A DNA stretch of 64,000 nt from an uncultured Candidatus Saccharibacteria bacterium. Its GTDB lineage: Bacteria; Patescibacteriota; Saccharimonadia; CAILAD01; CAZGYV01. The notes beneath the pieces were generated by a model that did not search any database, had not been told where the DNA came from, and saw nothing but the letters and a program-made list of their open reading frames with translations. Position 1 is the first letter of the stretch. Each line of letters starts with the position of its first letter. Shown piece after piece: positions 56,262-64,000 of this stretch. The DNA lies in contig CAZGYV010000003.1 in NCBI GenBank assembly GCA_964530725.1, positions 9,744 through 73,743 of the forward strand. Reading direction: 5' to 3'. The translations under genes and the position numbers were made by a program.

Positions 56262-57173
56262 CTAGACCTCGCTTTTCATTTCAGTAAGTTTTTTGATTCG
56301 ATCCTCGACCGGCGGATGGGTGCTAAAAAGCCCGGCAAAGCGCTTGCGCTTATCCTCGACGTTATCACGCAGCGGGTTGATGATGTAGAGATTCTCAGTC
56401 GCTTTATTGGCCGCCTCCAGCGGCTCAGTGTCAGCTGAAATCTTCTTCAAAGCCCGAGCCAATCCCTCCGGATAGCGGGTCAAAAGCGCGCCCGAAGCAT
56501 CGGCCAAATATTCGCGCTTGCGCGAGATCGACATCTGGATAATCAGCCCGATGATCGGCGCTACGATAGCCAAAAGTAGTGCGATAATCAGAAAGATCGC
56601 CTGGCCGTTGCCACCGCCGCCATTGTCATCATCGCCACCGCCCAAGAAAAAGCCCCAGCGCAAAAATAGGTCCGATAATAGGGCGATGATCGAGACCAAC
56701 ACCGTCACCAGGCTCATCAGGCGAATGTCGTAGTTGCCGATGTGCGAGAGCTCATGGGCGATGACGCCTTCTAGCTCCGGCTTGTCGAGCTTGTCCAGTA
56801 AGCCTGTTGTAATGGCTACAACGGCATGCTGGGGGTCGCGCCCGGTGGCAAAAGCGTTGGGCGCTGAATCATTGATAACGTAAACTCTTGGCGTCGGCAA
56901 CCCGGCCGCAATAGCCAGATTTTCGACCGTGCGATAAAGCTGCGGCGCGTCGCGTTTTTTAACTTCGCGAGCTTTTGAAACGGCCAGGATCATTTTGTCG
57001 GAATTATAATAACTCACCCAGGTGTAGAGCAGCGACAAACCAACAGCAACGTAGAGAATGAACTGATTGTCGAGTGCCTGCGAGAAAACAAAGCCCAAGA
57101 GCGTTACGATGATGATGAAAACGCCGATCAGAAGCCAGCTGTTGCGTTTGTTTTTGGCGATATTGGAATACAT
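56262..57173 (-). CDS. htpX: zinc metalloprotease HtpX (M48)
   Basis: HELSH (HEXXH) motif, four TM segments, and a Gly/Asp-rich insertion (GGGDDDNGGGGNG) in the second membrane region. Confidence 0.9.
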   Translation of the reverse strand: MYSNIAKNKRNSWLLIGVFIIIVTLLGFVFSQALDNQFILYVAVGLSLLYTWVSYYNSDKMILAVSKAREVKKRDAPQLYRTVENLAIAAGLPTPRVYVINDSAPNAFATGRDPQHAVVAITTGLLDKLDKPELEGVIAHELSHIGNYDIRLMSLVTVLVSIIALLSDLFLRWGFFLGGGDDDNGGGGNGQAIFLIIALLLAIVAPIIGLIIQMSISRKREYLADASGALLTRYPEGLARALKKISADTEPLEAANKATENLYIINPLRDNVEDKRKRFAGLFSTHPPVEDRIKKLTEMKSEV

Positions 57174-57199
57174 ACTTATATTATATCATCTTTAAAGGG

Positions 57200-57685
57200 T
57201 TATTTTTGGCCGCTCAATCTGGAAATTTCGTGATATTCATCAGCCGAATAGACGCACGGGCCGCTTTCATGCCAGAGCCAGAATCTCGCCACGCCCACAT
57301 CTAGTGCCATTTTGGAGCAGATTGTGCAATACGGCTCGCCGGCAAACTCAATCTCGCCCGCGCGGGTCACGCTAGCGAAAAATAGGTCCGCCCCTTCTAA
57401 CTTGTCGCGTGCGCTAGCTAGCGCGTCTTGGATAGCCCGAACTTCAGCGTGAACGCAACAGGTTTTGTCGGTTGGATACTTGACAGTTTTATCAAGTATT
57501 TGAGTGCACCGGCGATATTCTAGATTATTCTGCGGCGGCGCGTTGTAGCCCTGCCCGATAACCGCACCGTCTTTTATGATCACCGCGCCGCAAAGACGGC
57601 GCAGACACAGAGACTGCCTGGCTTGAGTGGCCGCCAACTGGAAATATTTTGCTTTTTGCTGATCAGTAAACTTATTTTGTACCAT
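57200..57685 (-). CDS. CMP/dCMP deaminase family zinc-binding protein (dCMP deaminase-like)
   Basis: CVHAEVRAI (HAE) and PCTICS (PCxxC) zinc-ligand motifs; 161 aa. Confidence 0.8.
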   Translation of the reverse strand: MVQNKFTDQQKAKYFQLAATQARQSLCLRRLCGAVIIKDGAVIGQGYNAPPQNNLEYRRCTQILDKTVKYPTDKTCCVHAEVRAIQDALASARDKLEGADLFFASVTRAGEIEFAGEPYCTICSKMALDVGVARFWLWHESGPCVYSADEYHEISRLSGQK

Positions 57686-57766
57686 GGCTATATTTTAATA
57701 AATTACCACCGCACCCACAAAAAACCCACGTTTTTCGTGGGTTTTTCATTTTTAGACTAATTATTA

Positions 57767-58333
57767 TTAAAACTTAACGTCAACTGGCTTTTCAGCAGCA
57801 GCTTTTTCGTCAGCTGCCACATCGAAGAAGGCGTACTCTTTAAAACCTAGCATGCCAGCAATCAAGCTAGTCGGAAACACTTTGATTTTAATATTAAGAT
57901 CCCGTACATTGCCATTGTAAAACCGGCGCGAAGCTTGAATTTTGTCCTCGGTATCTACCAGCTCTTGCTGCAATTGCAAGTAATTCTCATTGGCCTTGAG
58001 ATCTGGGTAGTTTTCACTAACTGCGAAAAGGCTTTTCAGCGCCCCGGTCAGCATATTATCCGCTTCAGCCTGCTTCGACAAATCACCTTTTGGCGCGCCC
58101 ATTGCCGCCGTTCGAGCCTTGGTGACTTCTTCGAGTACACCTTTTTCATGTTTGGCATAGCCCTTGACGGTCTCGACGATATTAGGGATTAGATCCAAGC
58201 GTCTTTTCATCTGCACCGTTATGTCACTGAGCGCCTCATCAGCTCGCAATTTTGATTTGATTAAACCATTGTAGGTCGCCCACAGCCAAACAATGACAAG
58301 CGCGACTACTCCTAATAATATCCACATCAACAT
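57767..58333 (-). CDS. lemA: LemA family protein
   Basis: N-terminal TM plus conserved ...YNGLI.....V.EA.SDI.VQ.KRR.DLIPN... and ...RRFYN..V...N... blocks. Confidence 0.85.
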   Translation of the reverse strand: MLMWILLGVVALVIVWLWATYNGLIKSKLRADEALSDITVQMKRRLDLIPNIVETVKGYAKHEKGVLEEVTKARTAAMGAPKGDLSKQAEADNMLTGALKSLFAVSENYPDLKANENYLQLQQELVDTEDKIQASRRFYNGNVRDLNIKIKVFPTSLIAGMLGFKEYAFFDVAADEKAAAEKPVDVKF

Positions 58334-58690
58334 CTTTTGGTAACCTCTAAAAATTTATATGGAAACATTATAGTCCCAATACAAGCGGCGTACAATGATT
58401 TTTCATACCTAGTACACTTCCAGCGCTATTAGCTGTATGGGCTTTTGTTGTGCCGAAGGAAAATTCCTCCTCTGGCGCATTTGGATAATTAATGCAGTAA
58501 CAGATGTAGATGACACGCAGTCAAATAATAGCAAGTGTGACTGCTCATAATAATATCCATTAAGACCACGATACCTTCTCCTTTGAAAGTGCTAGCTGGA
58601 GGCGAGCTTTGATTTGAAAGGAAGAGATGTCGTAGAGTGTGAACAAATAGCTACTGCTATTTTGAAAGCTCGGAGGCATTTCTGACGCCG

Positions 58691-58776
58691 TGGTGCCCGG
58701 GGCGAGACTCGAACTCGCAAGCCATAAAGGCAAGGGATTTTAAGTCCCTCGTGTATACCAATTCCACCACCCGGGC
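58691..58776 (-). tRNA. tRNA-Leu (anticodon TAA)
   Basis: 86-nt type-II tRNA: acceptor GCCCGGG/CCCGGGC, anticodon loop CTTAAAA, long variable arm, GCGAG-TTCGAGT-CTCGC T-arm, encoded CCA. Confidence 0.9.
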
Positions 58777-58986
58777 TCGCTTAAGACTTGTTCCGGACGC
58801 AAAGGTTTTCATAATTTTTATTTCAAATTGCTTTCCCTGCAGCTAACCAGATCTAAACTCAAATCAAAGTGATATCAGCTAACTAGTCTCAAAATGACAA
58901 AGCCTTTGTCATTTTGTTAAGGAGGCTTTATGCGCAAGCTGTAATTGTGGCATTAGACACAATGAAAGCTGTAGCATAAAACGACG

Positions 58987-59060
58987 TGGAGGCACCTAGC
59001 GGAATCGAACCGCTGTACAGGGTTTTGCAGACCCTTGCCTAACCACTCGGCCAAGGTGCC
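58987..59060 (-). tRNA. tRNA-Cys (anticodon GCA)
   Basis: 74 nt: acceptor GGCACCT/AGGTGCC, anticodon loop CTGCAAA, T-arm AGCGG-TTCGATT-CCGCT, discriminator U, encoded CCA. Confidence 0.9.
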
Positions 59061-59229
59061 AAATACGCTTGTAAAAACTTGCTAATTATATAAGATTATG
59101 TCTTGATTGTAAAAGGTCTGGCATTTGAAGGTAATTTTTGCTATCATAGCGAAGTTACCTTGATACAATTATATACGACAAACGCATTGATCGGTATCAA
59201 CTAGCACTTGACATTCGTCGGATCACAGT

Positions 59230-59300
59230 ATGGCACCTTAGCTCAGTGGTGTTTCGCGGCAGCGAACCTTAAAATCGTCGCTCTACCAGAACGGTAAAGC
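59230..59300 (+). pseudogene. scrambled tRNA-Phe pseudo-copy (5' fragment plus inverted internal fragment)
   Basis: GGCACCTTAGCTCAGTGGT matches the first 19 nt of the intact tRNA-Phe 110 nt downstream apart from one indel, then diverges. GTCGCTCTACCA further on is the reverse complement of the tRNA-Phe D-loop/anticodon-stem segment. It cannot fold into a cloverleaf. Confidence 0.4.
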
Positions 59301-59339
59301 AATGACAGCCAGAGTAAAAATGATTATCATGAGAGTTAT

Positions 59340-59415
59340 GGCACCTTAGCTCAGTTGGTAGAGCGACGGCCTGAAGAGCCGTGCGTCGCTGGTTCGATTC
59401 CAGCAGGTGCCACCA
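59340..59415 (+). tRNA. tRNA-Phe (anticodon GAA)
   Basis: 76 nt: GGCACCT acceptor, AGTTGGTAGAGC D-arm, anticodon loop CTGAAGA, GCTGG-TTCGATT-CCAGC T-arm, ACCA end. Confidence 0.9.
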
Positions 59416-59487
59416 CGTCGTTTTGGGCTTCGACTTCCGCTTCGAGTAAATACTCAAAGCTACAGTCTGCACCCAAAGCCTCCTTTT

Positions 59488-59532
59488 CAAATCAAAGCTC
59501 GCTGCCGCTAACACTTTGATTTGGGGGTTTTT
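59488..59532 (+). terminator. intrinsic terminator downstream of tRNA-Phe
   Basis: CAAATCAAAG-loop-CTTTGATTTG 10-bp stem followed by GGGGTTTTT. Confidence 0.4.
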
Positions 59533-59693
59533 AGGCCTTTGATATTAACATAATAGAATAGATAAGTGACGGAACTTAAAATCATAAAATTTTGTAATTT
59601 ATATCATCAATGCATAAAATTATAGATATAAATTATGAAAAATTTGTGATTTTATAGAGGAGAGGTTTGGCTCAAATTTGAGGTCTCAAGTCG

Positions 59694-61292
59694 TTAAGAC
59701 TTTAGACGAAAAATGAAGCCATTCTCGACGAGCGGGTGTAGCTCAGCTGATAGAGCGCTTCCTTGCCAAGGAAGAGGCCCCGGGTTTGAGTCCCGGTACC
59801 CGCACCAAATATTTGAATTATGAGCCGCAAGGCTCTTTTTCTTTGTTTCAACGACTGTTCTAAAGGGGTCGTTTAGTATATAAGACAACTTCTTATCCTT
59901 TAGTTCAATGTTTGAAAGTACGTATTCCAGCAACTTCTGTCTTAGCCCCTCATCGCTCTCGTTGAATAGCTGTTCAGCCCGTTGTGCCAAGTCTAACAGA
60001 TAGGATGCGGTAACTTGAAAGTCTTTGTTGTCGCTTGTTAGCAACTTTAGGCGGTCATTCAGCTCCTGCTGTTTCTTTTCTAGCTCAGTTGCAATTTCAT
60101 CGTGGAATGTCTGTGTAATACGACCCTCAAGTAAGTCATAGTAAACCTTACGCATCTTTTCTTTGAGTTTGTCGTACTCAGCACGGGTTTGCTCAATGTT
60201 TTGCGTGAAGTACAGCTGCTGGTCATTATGACGGTTACGCAGCTCGGTGATGACTTTATCTAACCACTTCTCAGGCACGTCTATAAATCCTATATCTTCC
60301 GTAACCTTATCAATTACAAGGCTAACGGCTGTATTCGGATTATCGCACTTTGCGTTGGCACATCGCAAATACACGGTGTTACGAGCCTTGAACGGCGATA
60401 CTGCACGTCCGCATTTGCCGCACTTTACTATCTTTTTCAGGGTAAAGTCTTTGCTGTCGTACTTTGTCATCTCGTGCTTACGTTCATCACGGACACACTG
60501 AACCTGATTGTACAAGCCACGACTGATGAGTGGCGGGTACTTGTGCGGGTAGCGTCTGCCAGCGTGAACCATAAAACCGCAATAAAACTCGTTGCTTAAT
60601 ATTCTTTCAATAAACTGTTTGCTTGGTGCTTTACTGCCAGCAATGTTGCTACGAAAGCCCATCTCACGCAGTTCCTTAGCAATGACGGCGTATGATATGC
60701 CTCTTGCTCGCATTTCGTAGGCTTTCATTATGTAGTGAGCCTTAGTGTCATCAACTTCAATATCTTTGATTGGTTTCTGTGGCGTACCGCCTTTTAGTAC
60801 GTTCTTGTAACCGACAGGTGCTCTATGTACCCATATACCCTCACTCAGCATTTGCTCAAAGCGGCGTTTGACGTTATCTCGGATGCTGTCTGAGTAGTAT
60901 TTAGCCAATGCCATACCGATACCGAGCCTGAACCAATCGGCTGCTGACGAGTTTTGGTCAATGTACAGGCTATCGTGCGGGAAGTGCAGCTCAATTTTGC
61001 CGAGCTTTACCAGCTGCTGTAATGCTTTTACTTCCTCTTGGCTGCTATCACGAGTAAAGCGGTCAATTTTATCAAAGACCACGTAGCACAAAGTTGGCTG
61101 CTTTTGGATGTGTTCAACGAGCTTAGCGAACTTCTGTCGTTCTTCTTTATGAGCACTCTCGTCAAACTCGTGGTACTCGTAGGGTAGTTTCTTTTGTTCG
61201 GCGTATCTTTCAAGCCGTAACTTTTGAGCTGGCAACGCTTTTCGTTGCTCAATATCTGATACTCGTGCGATTAGGATTATCTTTGCGTCCAT
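59694..61292 (-). CDS. large serine recombinase (serine integrase)
   Basis: N-terminal resolvase catalytic domain (IARVSDIEQ with the catalytic Ser, and DRFTRD), a central recombinase domain, a Cys4 zinc ribbon (CGKCGRAV...CANAKC) and a coiled-coil C-terminus. The final roughly 50 codons are read antisense through tRNA-Gly and its terminator. Confidence 0.85.
   Translation of the reverse strand: MDAKIILIARVSDIEQRKALPAQKLRLERYAEQKKLPYEYHEFDESAHKEERQKFAKLVEHIQKQPTLCYVVFDKIDRFTRDSSQEEVKALQQLVKLGKIELHFPHDSLYIDQNSSAADWFRLGIGMALAKYYSDSIRDNVKRRFEQMLSEGIWVHRAPVGYKNVLKGGTPQKPIKDIEVDDTKAHYIMKAYEMRARGISYAVIAKELREMGFRSNIAGSKAPSKQFIERILSNEFYCGFMVHAGRRYPHKYPPLISRGLYNQVQCVRDERKHEMTKYDSKDFTLKKIVKCGKCGRAVSPFKARNTVYLRCANAKCDNPNTAVSLVIDKVTEDIGFIDVPEKWLDKVITELRNRHNDQQLYFTQNIEQTRAEYDKLKEKMRKVYYDLLEGRITQTFHDEIATELEKKQQELNDRLKLLTSDNKDFQVTASYLLDLAQRAEQLFNESDEGLRQKLLEYVLSNIELKDKKLSYILNDPFRTVVETKKKSLAAHNSNIWCGYRDSNPGPLPWQGSALSAELHPLVENGFIFRLKS
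59732..59807 (+). tRNA. tRNA-Gly (anticodon GCC)
   Basis: 76 nt: GCGGGTG acceptor, AGCTGATAGAGC D-arm, anticodon loop TTGCCAA, CCGGG-TTTGAGT-CCCGG T-arm, ACCA end. Close to E. coli tRNA-Gly(GCC). Confidence 0.9.
59822..59845 (+). terminator. intrinsic terminator downstream of tRNA-Gly (GNRA-looped hairpin plus U-tract)
   Basis: GAGCC-GCAA-GGCTC followed by TTTTTCTTTGTTT. It lies antisense inside the 3' end of the recombinase ORF. Confidence 0.5.
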
Positions 61293-61318
61293 AATACTTA
61301 CTCCTTACTAACTTAACA

Positions 61319-62506
61319 TTACTTACCAGTATTTTCAATGTTTGATAGAAACTCTGACATTTTTGTTGGGGTAAATCGTTGCAGTGCCTCGTCTATATGT
61401 ACAAAGGCTGTGTAACGATGTGCTTGCGGTGCGTTTAACAGTGGTTTTATGCGATACCACGCCTGCTTGCCATAACGAGCCTCAAGCGTGTTTCGCAAGC
61501 CGACAACACCTGCTTGGCTGGCGATGAGCATACCTGCTACTGCCGCAAGTGCGGCTTGTGGTGTAACTTCATCGTTTGCCTCAAGGTAGTTTTGTAAAAG
61601 CTCAAATGGCTGTTTTACGTCCAGTGCCAACATATCTACATTGGCAGTCAGCTTTTTCCAGTGCTTGAGTAGTGTGTTTTGGCACAACTTCATTTTGAAC
61701 AGGCTTTCAAACGTCCACTGTTCCAAGTAGGGGTAGGCTCGCTTGATAGAGGCTCTACCGACAAAACGTACTTCGTATCTGAATACTTCCATTGGTCGGT
61801 ACTCAGATAGACCCTCAAGCAAATTGAGCTGAACCGAGCTGTCTTTTTCAAAAGCCCGTTTGTTGCTTTTCTTAGCTTTTAGCAGGTCAGCCATTTTGTC
61901 GTAAAAGGCTATATCAAGTGAATTGGCGTGAATGTGTACGACGTGTCCATCGCGAAAATCGGTCTTTTGAAAATCGTACGTTTTGCTTACGTCTAGCTTG
62001 CCCATTGTATTCAGGATTGTTTGGCACGATGTGTAGTCAAGAAACACGATGTTCTTAGACGGATGCCAAGCCGCAATATCGGCGGTAGCTAGTTGTGGCT
62101 TAAAGAAACGATGACCGAGTAGTTCGTGTAACGAACTTTGTAGTGCCGTGAGCAAAGCATCAAAGTCATTTTCTGTTAGCTCATCAAAGTTGTTGCCGAA
62201 CAGCATCTTTGGTGCTGAAAACTCAACTGCCAGTTCGTACGTTACCGCACCAAACTTTCGCACTCGCTTGTACATCGTCAGTCGTGGCATATACTTGCCC
62301 ATCTTGGCATATGTCGGCGAGGGGTTGAGAAACGTCTTGCCATAGCCTCTGCTGTTCACGAGTTGCTCAAGCGTTATAGGCGTAAACCTGCTGCCATCAA
62401 AGACCAGCGGATTATGTACGGGTATGAGTAGTTTTACTGTGTCTACCATATCGTTCATCACTTCTTTCAAATAACTCAACGCACTTAGCAATAACTGCTT
62501 GCTCAA
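61319..62506 (-). CDS. rolling-circle replication initiator-like protein (Rep_trans-family-like)
   Basis: 395 aa containing HVVHIH (HUH-like) and the DIAFYDK motif resembling the R(I/L)YDK catalytic-Tyr block of Rep_trans initiators, plus a later YGKQAWYRIK. The start is uncertain (Met17/Met38 alternatives) because of overlap with the next ORF. Confidence 0.5.
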   Translation of the reverse strand: MSKQLLLSALSYLKEVMNDMVDTVKLLIPVHNPLVFDGSRFTPITLEQLVNSRGYGKTFLNPSPTYAKMGKYMPRLTMYKRVRKFGAVTYELAVEFSAPKMLFGNNFDELTENDFDALLTALQSSLHELLGHRFFKPQLATADIAAWHPSKNIVFLDYTSCQTILNTMGKLDVSKTYDFQKTDFRDGHVVHIHANSLDIAFYDKMADLLKAKKSNKRAFEKDSSVQLNLLEGLSEYRPMEVFRYEVRFVGRASIKRAYPYLEQWTFESLFKMKLCQNTLLKHWKKLTANVDMLALDVKQPFELLQNYLEANDEVTPQAALAAVAGMLIASQAGVVGLRNTLEARYGKQAWYRIKPLLNAPQAHRYTAFVHIDEALQRFTPTKMSEFLSNIENTGK

Positions 62507-62723
62507 TCACTTTGCCAGCCTCTTTGGTTACTGGATAAAAGTAGTTGAGCTGGCGTGAGCCAACTTTCTTAGTTGGGTAGGTTATGCGATAGCCTGTACC
62601 GTCTAGTCGCTGATGTACGCCAAGTGAACCAATGAACAACTGCCCATCAATTAGGCAGCTGGCAAAAGCTACAAGCCCGTTAGTCGGTTTGACTGGCGTG
62701 ATACTTACTTCACTAATGGTCAT
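62412..62723 (-). CDS. SpoVG-like protein
   Basis: MTISEVSITPVKPTNGLVAFASCLIDGQLFIGSLGVHQRLDGTGYRITYPTKKVGS...IEQAVIAKCVELF aligns block by block with SpoVG (M.ITDVRI......KAFASVT.D..FVIHDLRV..G..G.FVAMPSRR). Confidence 0.6.
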   Translation of the reverse strand: MTISEVSITPVKPTNGLVAFASCLIDGQLFIGSLGVHQRLDGTGYRITYPTKKVGSRQLNYFYPVTKEAGKVIEQAVIAKCVELFERSDERYGRHSKTTHTRT

Positions 62724-62785
62724 TTTTCTTTCGCTCCATCGCTATTTCCTTATTGCTTGCCCAAGACCAAGCCGAAAGAAGTAGG

Positions 62786-63028
62786 CTAATCAGTTTGTTG
62801 AGTGTTATTCGTAGTACCTTGTAGAAAATCATCACTTTCATTCCTTTGTTCATTACGTTGTTTTTGTGCAAAGTCCATCTGAATTAGCACGTCAAAGAAA
62901 CCAGTGAGGTTGTGAATAGCCTCATCACTCAACTCGGCAGCCACGCCTTTATTTGCGGCATTATCCTGTGGTTCTGCTGGCAGGGGTTTTTGTTGGTGGT
63001 TATTCTGCTGTCCTTGCATAGTAACCAT
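62786..63028 (-). CDS. hypothetical Gln/Asn-rich small protein (80 aa)
   Basis: ORF inside the low-GC element; no recognisable domain. Confidence 0.3.
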   Translation of the reverse strand: MVTMQGQQNNHQQKPLPAEPQDNAANKGVAAELSDEAIHNLTGFFDVLIQMDFAQKQRNEQRNESDDFLQGTTNNTQQTD

Positions 63029-63078
63029 TAAGAAGAAAGGCTTATTTAAGCCATTTAAATCTGTGGAAAAGACGACTT

Positions 63079-64000
63079 TTACAGATTGATATAATCTGGG
63101 TTTACATAAACCTCAATGCCCTCAAGTATGAAGAAGTTGGGCATTGTGTTGTTGGTGTCTCGGAGTACCTTATTGTTGAGTTGGTGTATATAACTGCGTA
63201 TTTTGCTAATCCAGTCCTGCTCGTCATTAGCAATACGCTCGCCGAAAGCCTCAAATATCACATCCTCAATATCCCAGCGTTTTGTAATATTCTCTGGGGT
63301 GCTGAGCAAGACACGTGCAAACTGTGTTTGCTTTGAGCTGACCGTTACGGCAACTTTAAACGGACCAATCTGTATTGATGAGCTTGTGCGTTGGAAGTGA
63401 ACTGCTGTCGGTGCTATAAGCAAGTTGCCCTGCTGATTATCTTTGGCTAGCAATTGTTGCCTAAGCTCACGCACTTCTTGTTTAAGGTCATTGAACGCCA
63501 TAAGCAAGTTGGCACTGTCTGAGAAAGTGACATTGCCGACACTGCTGGTTTGGGTTGCGGTGGCAGTTGCGGTAAGGTCATCTTTATCCGTAGAAACGTC
63601 GTTTAAGATAACATTCACTGTTTCGGAGCGGCTAAATTCAATGCTTGCTGTTAGTGAGCCAACATCAAATCGCAGGTTACGTAGTATACGTTCGTGTGCT
63701 GTATGAAAATCGGCAAACATTGTCCGTGCTATAAGGGGGGCTTGAAAAGCATCTTGGATACTTTTGATTGAGGCGATGATGTGTTCGTTAGGAAAAGTGA
63801 CCAGTGATTTTTGAATGGCGGCAAGTGCCGCAAATTGATTTTGAGTAAATACGCTGCTCTTATAAATTGCCTCTACTGCGGGTGCTATCGTTTCCTGGAT
63901 ACTGAACGCCTTGTCCAAAGCTGGCTGCAAAGCAAGTGAAGTTTTCTGCATATCGGCAACGATTTTTAACATTGGCGAAGTGTCTATTGCTTGCAAGGAT
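63079..64000 (-). CDS. hypothetical protein of the integrative element (5' end runs off the window)
   Basis: The reading frame is still open at position 64000 and the listed start is only an internal TTG. The product is helical and Gln-rich with no recognised family. Confidence 0.4.
   Translation of the reverse strand, partial: SLQAIDTSPMLKIVADMQKTSLALQPALDKAFSIQETIAPAVEAIYKSSVFTQNQFAALAAIQKSLVTFPNEHIIASIKSIQDAFQAPLIARTMFADFHTAHERILRNLRFDVGSLTASIEFSRSETVNVILNDVSTDKDDLTATATATQTSSVGNVTFSDSANLLMAFNDLKQEVRELRQQLLAKDNQQGNLLIAPTAVHFQRTSSSIQIGPFKVAVTVSSKQTQFARVLLSTPENITKRWDIEDVIFEAFGERIANDEQDWISKIRSYIHQLNNKVLRDTNNTMPNFFILEGIEVYVNPDYINL

Larger units (their letters stand above)
59808..64000. mobile_element. 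integrative element / prophage-like island inserted beside tRNA-Gly(GCC), continuing beyond the window
   Basis: The GC drop to roughly 42-45% by eye and the altered codon usage begin exactly after tRNA-Gly. A serine integrase is immediately adjacent, followed by a rolling-circle Rep-like gene, a SpoVG-like gene and ORFans, all co-oriented. Confidence 0.55.

Noticed and set aside
59269-59514. 81-aa minus-strand ORF spanning the tRNA-Phe locus
   Set aside because: It is read through tRNA sequence and the terminator and has no RBS. It is a spurious ORF over RNA genes.

Overview
This is a 64-kb bacterial chromosomal window with about 50% GC by eye and the standard genetic code. It is dominated by a minus-strand translation/transcription core: rplN(partial)-rpsQ-rpmC-rplP-rpsC-rplV-rpsS-rplB-rplW-rplD-rplC, then rpsJ, tuf, fusA, rpsG, rpsL, rpoC and rpoB. 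Further housekeeping genes follow: clpP, tig, rsmD, recG, tyrS, a class-A PBP, yacL-like PIN/TRAM, radA, clpC, nusA, yraN, rnhB, rplS, dnaE, gatCAB, ligA, htpX, a dCMP-deaminase-like gene, lemA and seven tRNAs. The gene order (clpC-radA-yacL, SpoVG, YtxH, no rplKAJL before rpoB) and small-genome feel suggest a Gram-positive-like or CPR/Patescibacteria-type organism; this is an inference. The conserved ribosomal clusters are unusually interrupted in three places: a DEAD-box helicase plus membrane gene splits rplC from rpsJ, three small high-GC membrane-protein genes sit between fusA and tuf, and a 699-aa surface protein with Big/FN3 domains sits between rpsG and fusA. Main hunting results: (1) a high-GC, signal-peptide-bearing CHAP amidase fused to a W-rich beta-propeller lectin-like repeat array, next to tRNA-Leu(TAG) and a duplicated tRNA 3'-end fragment, suggesting a horizontally acquired cell-wall-targeting weapon; (2) a low-GC integrative element starting at tRNA-Gly(GCC) and running off the window, carrying a large serine recombinase, a Rep_trans-like rolling-circle initiator, a SpoVG-like protein and hypotheticals; (3) a roughly 330-nt structured non-coding region between gatC and ligA with its own TATAAT and terminator; (4) a membrane-anchored protein with an R-N-x3-H (HEPN-like) motif inside the gatCAB operon; (5) a tRNA cluster bracketed by 21-22-nt inverted repeats, a 10-nt motif recurring four times, and a scrambled tRNA-Phe pseudo-copy. 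No CRISPR array was seen. All GC statements are by-eye estimates, and all homology calls come from motif recognition without database searches.
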